Assembly: GCA_965214835.1 (NCBI GenBank)
Contig: CBDCCK010000002.1
Coordinates: forward strand, 1,792,001-1,856,000
Length of the DNA stretch: 64,000 bases
From: Nitrosopumilaceae archaeon
GTDB lineage: Archaea; Thermoproteota; Nitrososphaeria; Nitrososphaerales; Nitrosopumilaceae
Direction: 5' to 3'
Below are positions 30,960 to 40,318 of this stretch, in pieces. How positions within the stretch are numbered: the first letter of the stretch is position 1; the number at the start of each line of letters is the position of its first letter. A program made the translations under genes and the position numbers. Under the pieces are notes generated by a model. That model did not search any database, was not told where the DNA came from, and saw only the letters and a list, made by a program, of their open reading frames with translations.

Positions 30960-31685
30960 CTAGATCACGTACCTAGGATGTAGGATCCAGATAGTTCGCC
31001 CCCCGTGATCCGTCATTGGGGCGGGCCTGCCGTGCTTCTGCATGGCCCCGTCAAGCACCTTGAGGGCGTTTTCTGCAGTCGCGTTGCCAAATATGCCGCA
31101 TCCGGTCACGAACCGGGATGCGTCGTCCTCGTAGCACAAAAACCGCCTGCCGTCGTGCATCCCGCCGTGTATCTGCTTCCAGTCCGTGTGCCACATGGAG
31201 TTAGAGTACTCCGTCTCCCAGCGCAGCCACCTGCGTTTTCTGCGCCCGTTGGACTCGTCTCTGGCCATCTCCTCGTCCTTTAGCATGCCGTGCAGTGTAT
31301 GTCGTGGGATACTAATCCCGGTATTCTCCCTTGTGAGATCCTGCAGCGATGCCGCACCCAGGTGCTCGGACGGCCGCACCGAGAGGACCGCCGAGTGCTC
31401 CCTGCGCCCGGGCATGCCGTTTGGGGGCCTTCCCGTCCGTGCGGGATGCGATATGTCCTGTACGGTGTGGGACCTGTGCCGGGCCCACGGCTTTTGTATC
31501 CAGCGGACCGAGACGTTCATGGACTGGGCTATCTGGGCGTTTGTCATGTCTCCCTCTTGCTTTTGACGTACTAGACTTTGCGTAATCGATCTGAATGAGA
31601 TGAATTTGTTCGTAATGGTCCTAATCTGAACCGATTACGCAAAGTCTACTATCCACCGTACGTCTGATTTGTTTAGCTTTATGTT
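30960..31685 (-). pseudogene. IS481 family transposase remnant
   Basis: HTH plus SNSMWHTDWK, EDDASRFV, TDHG integrase core; N-terminus split by MITE A. Confidence 0.75.
31573..31647. mobile_element. MITE family A
   Basis: TIR agactttgcgtaatcg, TSD ACT; removal restores the WIVRQ frame. Confidence 0.85.
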
Positions 31686-32007
31686 GTTGGGTCGTGCAAG
31701 ACTGACGTATTTGCCAGCCCTTTTGCGCCAGACCCACACACCCTTGTTTCCAGTGGCATACACGAGACCAGTGCATCTGATCCTGACCGACTTCACCATC
31801 GGACAAGGGGCGAGCTACTTTTTGGATTATAGATCCTTGGTGCAGGCTTTACAGCGGCAACTGCCTTGAAATCGCCCAATCGCTAAAACCCGATGACGGT
31901 ACTTTGAGGAGTCACTGTCAGAGCAGGCACTGCAATACCATCCTTGAACGATTGACCAAAATCCTGCATTCTGTAATCTAATATACCAAACAAACCCAAA
32001 AAATGAC

Positions 32008-32095
32008 GTTGGCGTTGGCAAGCCCACCGAGCTGATGCCTCGGCGAGTGGCCCCTACACGGGCCGTTCATGCGGGTTCAACTCCCGTCGCCAACG
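32008..32095 (+). tRNA. Degenerate copy of the non-canonical tRNA(GAU) with long variable arm
   Basis: Same stems as 34707-34801 but a 7-nt deletion in the D arm. Confidence 0.55.
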
Positions 32096-32103
32096 CTATA
32101 ATC

Positions 32104-33737
32104 GTATGTGGTCACCTACCCCTAGATTATTTTGGCCACCTCATCCATGATGGACTTGCCCTGCAGCTTCCATGTCGACACGCATGTATTGAGCCATCCA
32201 TGCCTTTCCGTCCAGACCAGGCCGCCCTTGATCTGGCCGTTTATCTTGAATTGAAGTACGACGGGGCGCAGTGCCCGCTCTGCACCATTGTTGGTCGGCT
32301 CGACACCCTCGTATTCCAGAAACGCAAACATGCACGGCAGGGCCCTGTGCATCCTCTTGAGAAGGGGCTCCAGCGGGCCGCCCCACGCACCAACGTATCC
32401 GAACAGCATGTTCTGCATGTTGGTCTCAAACCGCCGGCGCAGCTCCGGCGAGTGCCGCCCCATCAGTCCGCCGGCACTGCTTATCCCCGTCCTCTCCTCG
32501 AGCTCCCGGAGATCCTCCCCGGACAGCTTGTCCCAGCCCTCAAGACACTCCCTGGCATCCTTGAACAGCTGCTGCATCTGCCGGTACAGGACTCCTGCAA
32601 ACAGCAGGGCACCCTTTTTCTGCGAGCCATACAGGAGGAACCGCAGCTCGTGCGCCCAGCACCGCTGGAGCCTTCCCAGCAGCCCGAACCTCTTGTATGC
32701 GGGATATCCGTCCGATGTGACGACGCCCCCGTACCCGCCCATGTACTGGTCCAGGATCCGGGCGCTCCTGGTGTCTGCATATATCATGAACACGCCCACC
32801 GCCGACAGCATGGCCCACGCCCATCCCAGCCTGCCTGCCAGGTTGATCCCCGTCTCGTCTATGCAGACCGTCTTTGAGCTTCTTACCTCCTCTGCGATGG
32901 CCTCGGCAGGCGCCTTTGCGGCGTCGCAGACGCGTCCTATGCTGTTGATTGCAGTTGACTTTGACATGTGCACGCCCAGGATATCTGACATTATACCCGG
33001 GATCCTGTTGTGTGGGACGCCCTCACTGCGCAGCTTTGTGACGGCTGTGACCACGCTCGTGTCATAGCTGCCGCGTCGGGGCAGGCCGTCGGGGGCAGTA
33101 TGCATGGTGCCGCATTTCGGGCACACTGCCCTCTGTGTCTCGTGGCGCGTCTCGGTGTACTTTATCTTGAATCCTATCATGTCGCGCACCTGCGGCTTTT
33201 TCATGATCTCTGTGGTGGTGCCGCACTTGCACTCCGGCGCCCGTCCACCCGGAAAGCAGTGTTTCTGTACCCTGGGGGCCGGTGGGTGCGCGATACGCCC
33301 TTGTGGCCCTTCTGGCCGCCGGGCTTTTTTCTGTCCTCCCCGGTGCCGTCATCCCCAGCTGCAGCATCGGGCCGGGCCCTCTCCTTTCTCCTCTGCGCCT
33401 TTTGCCTCTTCCACTCCAGCGAGTCTGCCGACGGGGGCGAGTTCTCGTTCTCGTAGTACCGGAGCCGGTTGTCCTGCTCCCTGATGGTCTTGTCGCGCTT
33501 TTCAAGTGTCTTGTTTAGCCTTTCAATGGTCCTGCCCTGCTCCTCAATGATATTGTCACGCTCCTTGAGGTCCTTTTTTAGATTCCTTATCGTCTCCGTG
33601 GGCGATGCTGTAGATGCCTTGATCTCGTAGCATGCGGAGAGCTGACCTTTCACAATGCCTAGTCTACGCGATCATAGTATAAGGATCAGCACCGTCAGTA
33701 ATGTTTACCCTATTGTGAGGGGTAGGTGACCTCATAC
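32104..33737 (-). mobile_element. IS66-like element, frameshifted transposase
   Basis: Ends gtatgtggtcacctaccc / gggtaggtgacctcatac; ENSPPS, KPGGQKGH, IDETG, VTSDGY, QRCWAH, PTNNGAERALR. Confidence 0.88.
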
Positions 33738-34078
33738 GAACCCTACATTGCGAAGCTCCTTGATCTGCATTGCAGAGAGAAATGCGTACTTTTGCAGCCT
33801 GGTCATGCCCTCAACATAGTCATGCATTCCGATCAGAAATGCAGGAAGTTCCGAACACTCAATCATGCGCGACACCCGATCCCATACCCGTATGTTCCTC
33901 CACGGCTGAATTAAATGGTTTCATCTGGATTATCCGTCCCTTCATAACCAAGTATTGTAAGACTGCGGGGTATTTATTGCCGTTTTTCATCCTGTCTTCG
34001 CAGATGTAACCCGGCTCGTGGCCGTGCTGACGGTGACGTGCGGATCTACCTGCAGTCCAGACCGCGCTTTAAATCCGC

Positions 34079-34501
34079 ATGAAGAACTTCAAAGCACTGA
34101 TGATCGAGATACTGCTGTCAATTGCAGGGGGAATCATAGTTGTCATAATAGTGGATGTCGCTCGTGCAGCAATCAGGAAAATAAAAAGAGGCGGGGAGAT
34201 ATCCGATCTCCGAAGGTCTTTCAAGCAAATTAAGGTGCGCATAAAGCCTGTTCCGGGTGACAGTGGCAAGCTGTTTGGGAATAACGAATGGTTTGAACGC
34301 TTCCAGTCTGAGCTGCAGGGTGTCATAGTAGAGGTGACGCATTCTGAGAATCTAAGAACCGATCAACATCGAAAGTTGGTGCGCATGATAGACAAGAGGC
34401 TGTACGTGCTTGAGAATTTTCCATATGACCGGCCACCGGCGGAAGTCTATGGACAATTCTTTGCAGACCTGAAAGGACTCCGGTGGCTGGGCCTGGAATA
34501 G
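34079..34501 (+). CDS. Hypothetical protein with N-terminal TM anchor
   Basis: Hydrophobic ILLSIAGGIIVVIIV followed by soluble domain; TTTAAA upstream. Confidence 0.6.
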   Translation: MKNFKALMIEILLSIAGGIIVVIIVDVARAAIRKIKRGGEISDLRRSFKQIKVRIKPVPGDSGKLFGNNEWFERFQSELQGVIVEVTHSENLRTDQHRKLVRMIDKRLYVLENFPYDRPPAEVYGQFFADLKGLRWLGLE

Positions 34502-34706
34502 TGCCGCGTGCGGCGGTTCTGCATGTCATGTTCGTGATGCGTCAGGTTACATCCCGCTCACGGGTTCAGACGGCATTGCAGCCGAGAAAACCCGTACAGC
34601 CCGGACGGCGTTGAGTCTGTCAGTCCGTACTACAATGCCGTCCCTTAACTGTTCCCCGAAATCCCACTTTTGTAATCTAATATACAATGCAGGCCCAAAA
34701 AATGAC

Positions 34707-34801
34707 GTTGGCGTTGGGCATTGGCAAGCCCACCGAGCTGATACCTCGGCGAGTGGCCCCGAGACGGGCCGTTCATGCGGGTTCAACTCCCGTCGCCAAC
34801 G
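34707..34801 (+). tRNA. Non-canonical tRNA-like gene, anticodon GAT, long (9-bp) variable arm
   Basis: Acceptor GTTGGCG/CGCCAAC; D arm GGGC-ATTGGCAA-GCCC; anticodon arm CCGAG-CTGATAC-CTCGG; V arm GAGTGGCCC-CGAGAC-GGGCCGTTC; T arm GCGGG-TTCAACT-CCCGT; discriminator G. Confidence 0.75.
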
Positions 34802-34848
34802 CTATAATCTATCCAGACATTCTATAAAAAAGTAGGGATCTGACAGTT

Positions 34849-36347
34849 GTACGAGGTCACGTTCCTAAACCAGTTTCATGACCTCGTCTGCTACGGATCT
34901 GCCCCTTGCCCTCCATGTCAGTATGCACGTCATAAACCACGACCACCTCCTCATCCAGAGTTCCCCTCCCTTGATCTGCCCGCTTATCTTGCGGAAGACG
35001 ACGGCGTAACGGAGGGCACGCTCTGCGGCGTTGTTTGTGGGATGCACGTTGTCGTGCTCCAGGAACGTAAACAGGTGCGGCAGCGAGCTTGTCAGTCTGC
35101 GCAGTACCGGGCCCAGGACGGGGTCGTCCGTGCTTTCCCGGTACCCGAACAGTATGTTGCGCAGCCAGGACTCGAACCTTCTGCGCAGATCCTTGCCCCT
35201 GTCCTTCCTCCTTGCCCTGACGGCGCTGCGGTACAGCTGCCGAAGCTGCTCGTACAGTATTCCCGCAAACAGCGGGGCGCCCTGCTTTTGCGCCGCGTAT
35301 TTTGATACGCGCAGCTCGTGCGACCAGCACAGCTGGTGTCTGTCCTCCCCGTTGAACCTGTCATACACCGAATATTTGTCAGATGTCACTATTCTGCCAT
35401 ACTTGTCCATGTGCCTGTCCAGGAACAGTGCGCCCCTGCTCGTATTGTACTTGACAAACACGCCGTTGTCCGTCTCGGCAGTCCATGTCCATATGCGACT
35501 GCCGTTCATGTTGGCCGCAGTCTCGTCTATTCTGACGTTGGATGATCTCTTGATGCCGCCCAGGATCGCGCCTGACGGCTTTTGCATAGAGTCGCATACC
35601 CCTCCGATCATGTTGATTACGGTAGATTTGGCGATGCTCCTGCCGGTAAAATCCTTGAGCGTGTCTGCCACGGACTGCAGCGGCATGTGCCTTGCGCGCA
35701 AGGCAGACACAAGGGAGATCATGTGCTTGCCGTACCTGCCCCTCCTTGGGAGTCCGTCGTCTGCTGATATCATAATGCCGCACAGTCTGCATGTGGCACG
35801 CTCGGTTATGTGTCGCGTCTCTGTCATCCGGACCGGTTCAAAGTCGATGATGTTCCGTATCAGGGCAGTTATGTCCATGGCCCTCCCGCACATGCACACC
35901 GGCGAGCACGTCCCGTCGTTGTCCTGGAACGTGTGAAGCACCGTCTTCTGGGGGTCGTGTCTTCTGGATGTCCCCTTGTGGCCCCTCTGGCCTCCCGGCT
36001 TTTTGCCGGTGCCACTGTTGCTACCGTTGCCACGGTTACTGGCCCTCTCCCTTTTCCGCTGCGCCTTTTGCCTCTTGTACTCTAGTGATTCTGCAGACGG
36101 TGGCGAGTTCTCGTTCTCGTAGTACCGGAGCCGCCTGCCTTGCTCCTCGATTATCCTGTTCGCTGCCTTTTGGTTATTTTCTAGCGTGCTTATTCTGTCT
36201 GTGAATGATACAATTGTGGCCTCTAGTTCGCGGTATGTGGGTCGACGGCCTTTCATGTTGATGCTATACAGGCATCGTATTTGATCAGCATGATCGCAAT
36301 ATGTTAAGCAGGTTGTCAAAACACGTCAAAACTAGGTGACCTCGTAC
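34849..36347 (-). mobile_element. Intact single-ORF IS66-like element
   Basis: TIR gtacgaggtcac, 8-bp TSD TGACAGTT (34841-34848 / 36348-36355). Confidence 0.92.
34865..36259 (-). CDS. IS66 family transposase
   Basis: Uninterrupted ORF with ENSPPS, zinc ribbon, IDET, TSDKY, LCWSHE, PTNNAAERALR. Confidence 0.92.
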   Translation of the reverse strand, partial: NMKGRRPTYRELEATIVSFTDRISTLENNQKAANRIIEEQGRRLRYYENENSPPSAESLEYKRQKAQRKRERASNRGNGSNSGTGKKPGGQRGHKGTSRRHDPQKTVLHTFQDNDGTCSPVCMCGRAMDITALIRNIIDFEPVRMTETRHITERATCRLCGIMISADDGLPRRGRYGKHMISLVSALRARHMPLQSVADTLKDFTGRSIAKSTVINMIGGVCDSMQKPSGAILGGIKRSSNVRIDETAANMNGSRIWTWTAETDNGVFVKYNTSRGALFLDRHMDKYGRIVTSDKYSVYDRFNGEDRHQLCWSHELRVSKYAAQKQGAPLFAGILYEQLRQLYRSAVRARRKDRGKDLRRRFESWLRNILFGYRESTDDPVLGPVLRRLTSSLPHLFTFLEHDNVHPTNNAAERALRYAVVFRKISGQIKGGELWMRRWSWFMTCILTWRARGRSVADEVMKLV

Positions 36348-36399
36348 TGACAGTTTACAGCTGACACCGGATGCTGCCGCATCCCTGCGCGGCATATCG

Positions 36400-36690
36400 G
36401 TTTCCGTCGTGCATGGTTTGAGCCTGACGGCAGAGACTAGCCGCGCGTACGGGTTGATCTCGAATCCCGCCGTCCTGCATCCTGCAAGGTCCGCCTCCAC
36501 CAGCGTCGTGCCCACCCCTGCAAAGGGGTCAAGTATGGTATCTGCGTCCCCTGCAAACCTGGTGATTGCATCCGCCGCAAAGTGCTTGGAGAATCCTGCC
36601 ACCCATCCAGTCCAGCGGTGCACCGGCTCGTCCCTGTTGGCGGCAAAGGCGGGATCGCAGAATCCTGCCGCGCCGTGCACCTGTCCTGCA
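36400..36690 (-). pseudogene. DNA amino-methyltransferase N-terminal fragment
   Basis: PVHRW...AGFS, ILDPFAGVGTTLVEA, GFEINPY SAM-binding motif I; truncated. Confidence 0.75.
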
Positions 36691-37063
36691 AGCCTGGCCC
36701 CATGCCATGTACTGGCGCACTGTGCTTAAAATCCTTTCAGCGGAATGACTACAAACCCGTTGTTTCATGCAAGGTGTGATCACGGTATCCATTGGTGTAT
36801 GACATATTTCAGTCATGGTGCAACACAGTCCAGTAAAAACACGTCATGTGCAAGCACAAACAGCAGAGGAGGAACTGCAAGAGCCCACAACCCTAATTGC
36901 ATGCGATGTAGCGCGTCTTGGGTCGCCTTTTGCATTTTCATATCATCGATTAGATGATCCCTGTTGGCCTTTGAGATTGCCGGAAATGACGTATTCTGAT
37001 CCGTATTCACGCATGCTGGCAGGTTTGCCATTCCACTTTGTTGAATGAAAAATTAATTTTGGC

Positions 37064-37162
37064 CTATTCAGAGCCCTGATACTTGTCACTGTTTGGATCC
37101 ATTTGTTGTGAGTGGTTGTCCAGATCGGCCTTGTCTCCCTTGCCCTTGTATTTTTTACCCAT
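37064..37162 (-). CDS. 32-aa hydrophilic microprotein
   Basis: MGKKYKGKGDKADLDNHSQQMDPNSDKYQGSE with TTATAAA box about 20 nt upstream. Confidence 0.5.
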   Translation of the reverse strand: MGKKYKGKGDKADLDNHSQQMDPNSDKYQGSE

Positions 37163-37325
37163 GGTGTTTGTTCGTGTGAATGGTTTATAAGGATTCCATG
37201 GCGAATGCGCGAGGACGATAAGAACTGATGACTCTGGATCGCGCAATGCCGTGCTCCCGGCACTGCTTGGCGGGGATCCTGTGAGCCATTCCTCGCTTAA
37301 ATTCTACGGCGCATCATGTCGGCAT

Positions 37326-37577
37326 ATGTCACTTGGAAGGCTTGCCGCAACGGCCCGTACCGTCAGCGGCAAGGCAGACCGCAGCTGGAAAATACTCGTT
37401 TACAGATTTGGCTACCTGAGGGTGGTGGCACTCGTAATCGTGGCCCTGTATGTGGCGCTTCTCTTGTCCCTCGGCCTTATCTGGGAACCTGCCGCTGAGC
37501 GGTACCTGATGGCCGCAAGCTACGGGATGGTTGTTTTTGCCGTCTGCATCGCGTGGTCACACCTTCTCAAATCATAA
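37326..37577 (+). CDS. Small 2-TM membrane protein
   Basis: cttaaat box about 23 nt upstream; MSLGRLAATARTV leader shared with the next gene. Confidence 0.55.
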   Translation: MSLGRLAATARTVSGKADRSWKILVYRFGYLRVVALVIVALYVALLLSLGLIWEPAAERYLMAASYGMVVFAVCIAWSHLLKS

Positions 37578-37685
37578 TGCGATGGGATCCAGGGCTCAAG
37601 ACTGCACAGGCCGCGCTTCCGGCCCGACAAAGAATCAGACCACGGATCATTCCCCGCTTAAATGCAAAGGCACATCATGTTGGCA

Positions 37686-37958
37686 TTGTCACTTGGAAGG
37701 CTTGCCGCAATGGCCCGCACCGTCCGCGACAGGGCGTGCGGCACATGGTATATGTCGTTTGACAGGTTTCTCGTCCTGATAGCGGTGATGTTTAGAGCCC
37801 TTGCCCTGTCCACAATGTCCTTCTCGTCCCTGGTTCTGTCCTATGAGCCGCCGTGCAACTCCTGGTATGTGCATTGCGCGGCCGTGGCATACGGGATGAT
37901 TCTTGCCATCATCTGCGTTGCGGCGGCAGTCGCCATCAAATCACCCCTCCCGAAATAA
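37686..37958 (+). CDS. Small 2-TM membrane protein, paralog of the previous gene
   Basis: Same promoter and leader (TTG start), YGM motif in second TM. Confidence 0.5.
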   Translation: MSLGRLAAMARTVRDRACGTWYMSFDRFLVLIAVMFRALALSTMSFSSLVLSYEPPCNSWYVHCAAVAYGMILAIICVAAAVAIKSPLPK

Positions 37959-38131
37959 CAGTGTATTATATGAAAAGTCGATCCGCTAGTCATCTGTGTC
38001 CCTCCATCCATTTTGGGTCTTTTTTTCTGATCGCATCGGTGGCCTCCCTGGCATAGAAGGCCCATAGTGGCGTCTCGTAACTGTCGATGCCCAGCGACCA
38101 GTACAGCCTTCCTCGTTATAGCCGATACATG

Positions 38132-39216
38132 AGAAGCAATCCGTAATTAAATTACGAGTGGCAGGTTGCAGTTGTTTTCTGCCGTGTTTTTCAGGCCACA
38201 GCGGCTATCCGTTCCAGTATCCTCAGGTTGACCAGCCCGCACACGATACTGTTGGCCAGATCGTACTTTCTGAGCCTGTTTCTGTACTTGTAGCTCATTA
38301 TCTTGAATGTCTTGACCCTGCGTATGCCATTCTCCACGTACACCCGTATCTTTGAGTGTGTTCTGTTGTACTCTTTTTCATCGTCGGTCAGCTTGCCGCC
38401 AGGACTCTTCTTGATTGGAAGTATAACCTTCGTCCCTGCATCGATGTGCTGCGCACCCTGGTATCCGCGATCCATATAGTGCCGCAGCTCCTCGCCGTCC
38501 TCCTCACCGCTCCAGAACGTGGGGTGCTTCATCTGGTATATCTTGACGTCGTTTACGCGCCCCGGCGAGTGCGGGGTCTTGTGCACTATGGCACCGTGTA
38601 TGTTGACCGTATACTGGACCTTGGCCGTGTGCGTGCCTGCCTTGCCCGAATAGTGCGACTTTTCCATGTCCTTTCTCTTGGGCCTGTTTGTGGGCTGCTC
38701 GGAGGCGTCAGTCAGGCACACCATCCCCGGGAAGATCTCGGCCAGCTCCTCGACTGAGGAGATCCTCTTGGAGTCCTTGTAGATCTTCTCGGGGATCGGC
38801 AGGCATTGTTTTAGCAGGGGCTCAGTCAGGCTTATGGAGCGCGAGACCGACGCCTGTCCTATACCGAACATGGCGCCAGCCACGTCCTGGGAGACGTACG
38901 TCCTGTAGTAGAACAAGACCAGCAGTACGCGGTTCCTCAGATCCAGGGCAAAGGGCCTGCCTGCGCCTATATCCCGCACACGGTCGGGCCTTGAGAGCCT
39001 CTTCTTCTCGGTATCTGGAAATTTCTTTTGCACCTCGGTACACAGCTGGTCAAACTCTGCCTCGGTCATTCCTGCAAACATCCGGAACGTCCGTGGGTTT
39101 TTTGTCAGTCTATCGATCAAACACATGATTTGTACATGGTTTTACAGGTATTTTGATCCGTCAGGCATAGATTAGTGCCCAAGTGGGTCAAAATCTGCTA
39201 ATTAAGAATCGCTTCT
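38132..39216 (-). mobile_element. IS5-clan element (DDE_Tnp_4 type) inserted in an IS481 remnant
   Basis: Imperfect TIR agaagc(a/g)at..taatt, apparent ATG duplication; flanks join to give YHPQASGKLER... Confidence 0.8.
38191..39126 (-). CDS. Transposase (HTH + DDE_Tnp_4)
   Basis: TDASEQP, HYSGK, MDRGYQG, YNRTHSKIRVYVENGIRRVK. Confidence 0.9.
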   Translation of the reverse strand: MCLIDRLTKNPRTFRMFAGMTEAEFDQLCTEVQKKFPDTEKKRLSRPDRVRDIGAGRPFALDLRNRVLLVLFYYRTYVSQDVAGAMFGIGQASVSRSISLTEPLLKQCLPIPEKIYKDSKRISSVEELAEIFPGMVCLTDASEQPTNRPKRKDMEKSHYSGKAGTHTAKVQYTVNIHGAIVHKTPHSPGRVNDVKIYQMKHPTFWSGEEDGEELRHYMDRGYQGAQHIDAGTKVILPIKKSPGGKLTDDEKEYNRTHSKIRVYVENGIRRVKTFKIMSYKYRNRLRKYDLANSIVCGLVNLRILERIAAVA

Positions 39217-39474
39217 ATGGAGACAGGCTCTCGTGGTTCCATATCTCCCCCTCGATGCTCCGGTGGGGGCGCTCCAGCTTGCCGCTGGCCTGCGGGTGGT
39301 AGGACTCGGAGTTTATCAGCCCGATTCCGCAGTAGAGCAGCTCCTCCTAAGGTAGTGAACCTCCACCCCGGAAACCCCGATCGAGTATGATCTGCTCCTA
39401 TAGTCAGATGCGGCTTCCAGGGCGCGAGCTGTTACGCGACATGCCAAGATTTCCTTTTACATGCACGTGAGGCA

Positions 39475-40140
39475 TCATTTACTCTTGGCGCTGTCACGAT
39501 ACCACGGATCATATCCCAGCCTGTCCAGCATGTGTTCCCACGATTGGAATTCCCCCTCGTACTGCGATACGGTAAATTCAGAGTGCTCCTCAATGTCTTC
39601 TTTTGTGGGGGTGCGACCGACATCCAGTTTTACGCGCTCAAACTCTACTATCATGGATATCTTGTTTGGCGGATCCACCGTCTTTGCAAGCCTGACTAGT
39701 ACGTCGATGCCGGTTCCAAACTCCTCCTCAATGTCAATCCTTGTAGCTCCTGTAGGCAGAAAATATTCGTGGCCGCCTGGGACGTGTTCTGATTCTTTTC
39801 TTACGATGCCTCGTCCAAGATCCCTCAGCATGTACGCACGGCGCTTGCTAAAGTATGACAAATCTGGATCATCATGTCCTCCGTTGTATGACGCACGAAG
39901 CCTTGCCTTGTATTCTATGTTTCTTGGGTTTCTTCGCACCCTGTAATTACAACAGTTGCAGTACCATCCAATCGACTCTTCAGTGGCCGGACTGCCGTCT
40001 TTGAGGCGTGCACCCCTGTAATCAATCCACACATCGCACATCTGGCAGTGCCCCTGTCCAGCGTTGTACCTGCCTCCTTGTGGCGGCTTTTTTACCCTGA
40101 ATTTTTTGCATGCCCCCTTGCATATCCTCTTTGATTTCAC
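39475..40140 (-). CDS. Zn-binding N-terminal domain fused to homing-endonuclease-associated repeat
   Basis: CKGAC, CQMC, CNCC; C-terminal GRTPTKEDI...Y...FQSWEHML..LG repeat. Confidence 0.65.
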   Translation of the reverse strand: MKSKRICKGACKKFRVKKPPQGGRYNAGQGHCQMCDVWIDYRGARLKDGSPATEESIGWYCNCCNYRVRRNPRNIEYKARLRASYNGGHDDPDLSYFSKRRAYMLRDLGRGIVRKESEHVPGGHEYFLPTGATRIDIEEEFGTGIDVLVRLAKTVDPPNKISMIVEFERVKLDVGRTPTKEDIEEHSEFTVSQYEGEFQSWEHMLDRLGYDPWYRDSAKSK

Positions 40141-40318
40141 GGAATACGGTTGATCGTGTGAATATATGAGAATTTGTTCAAGTACTGCAACCACTGGTTT
40201 GATGCTGCAACCACAACTGTTGGGTACACAAGATCATCTGTTTTTACGCGTTCAGGCACGGCCGTATGACAACTGTCAAATCAGGCAGTTTTAATAAACA
40301 CGGCCCGTATCAGACATC

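Noticed and set aside
34003-34553. gatgtaacc / ggttacatc inverted repeat around ORF 34079-34501 as an integron-like cassette or cargo MITE
   Set aside because: Only 9 bp, no target duplication and no attC-like structure.
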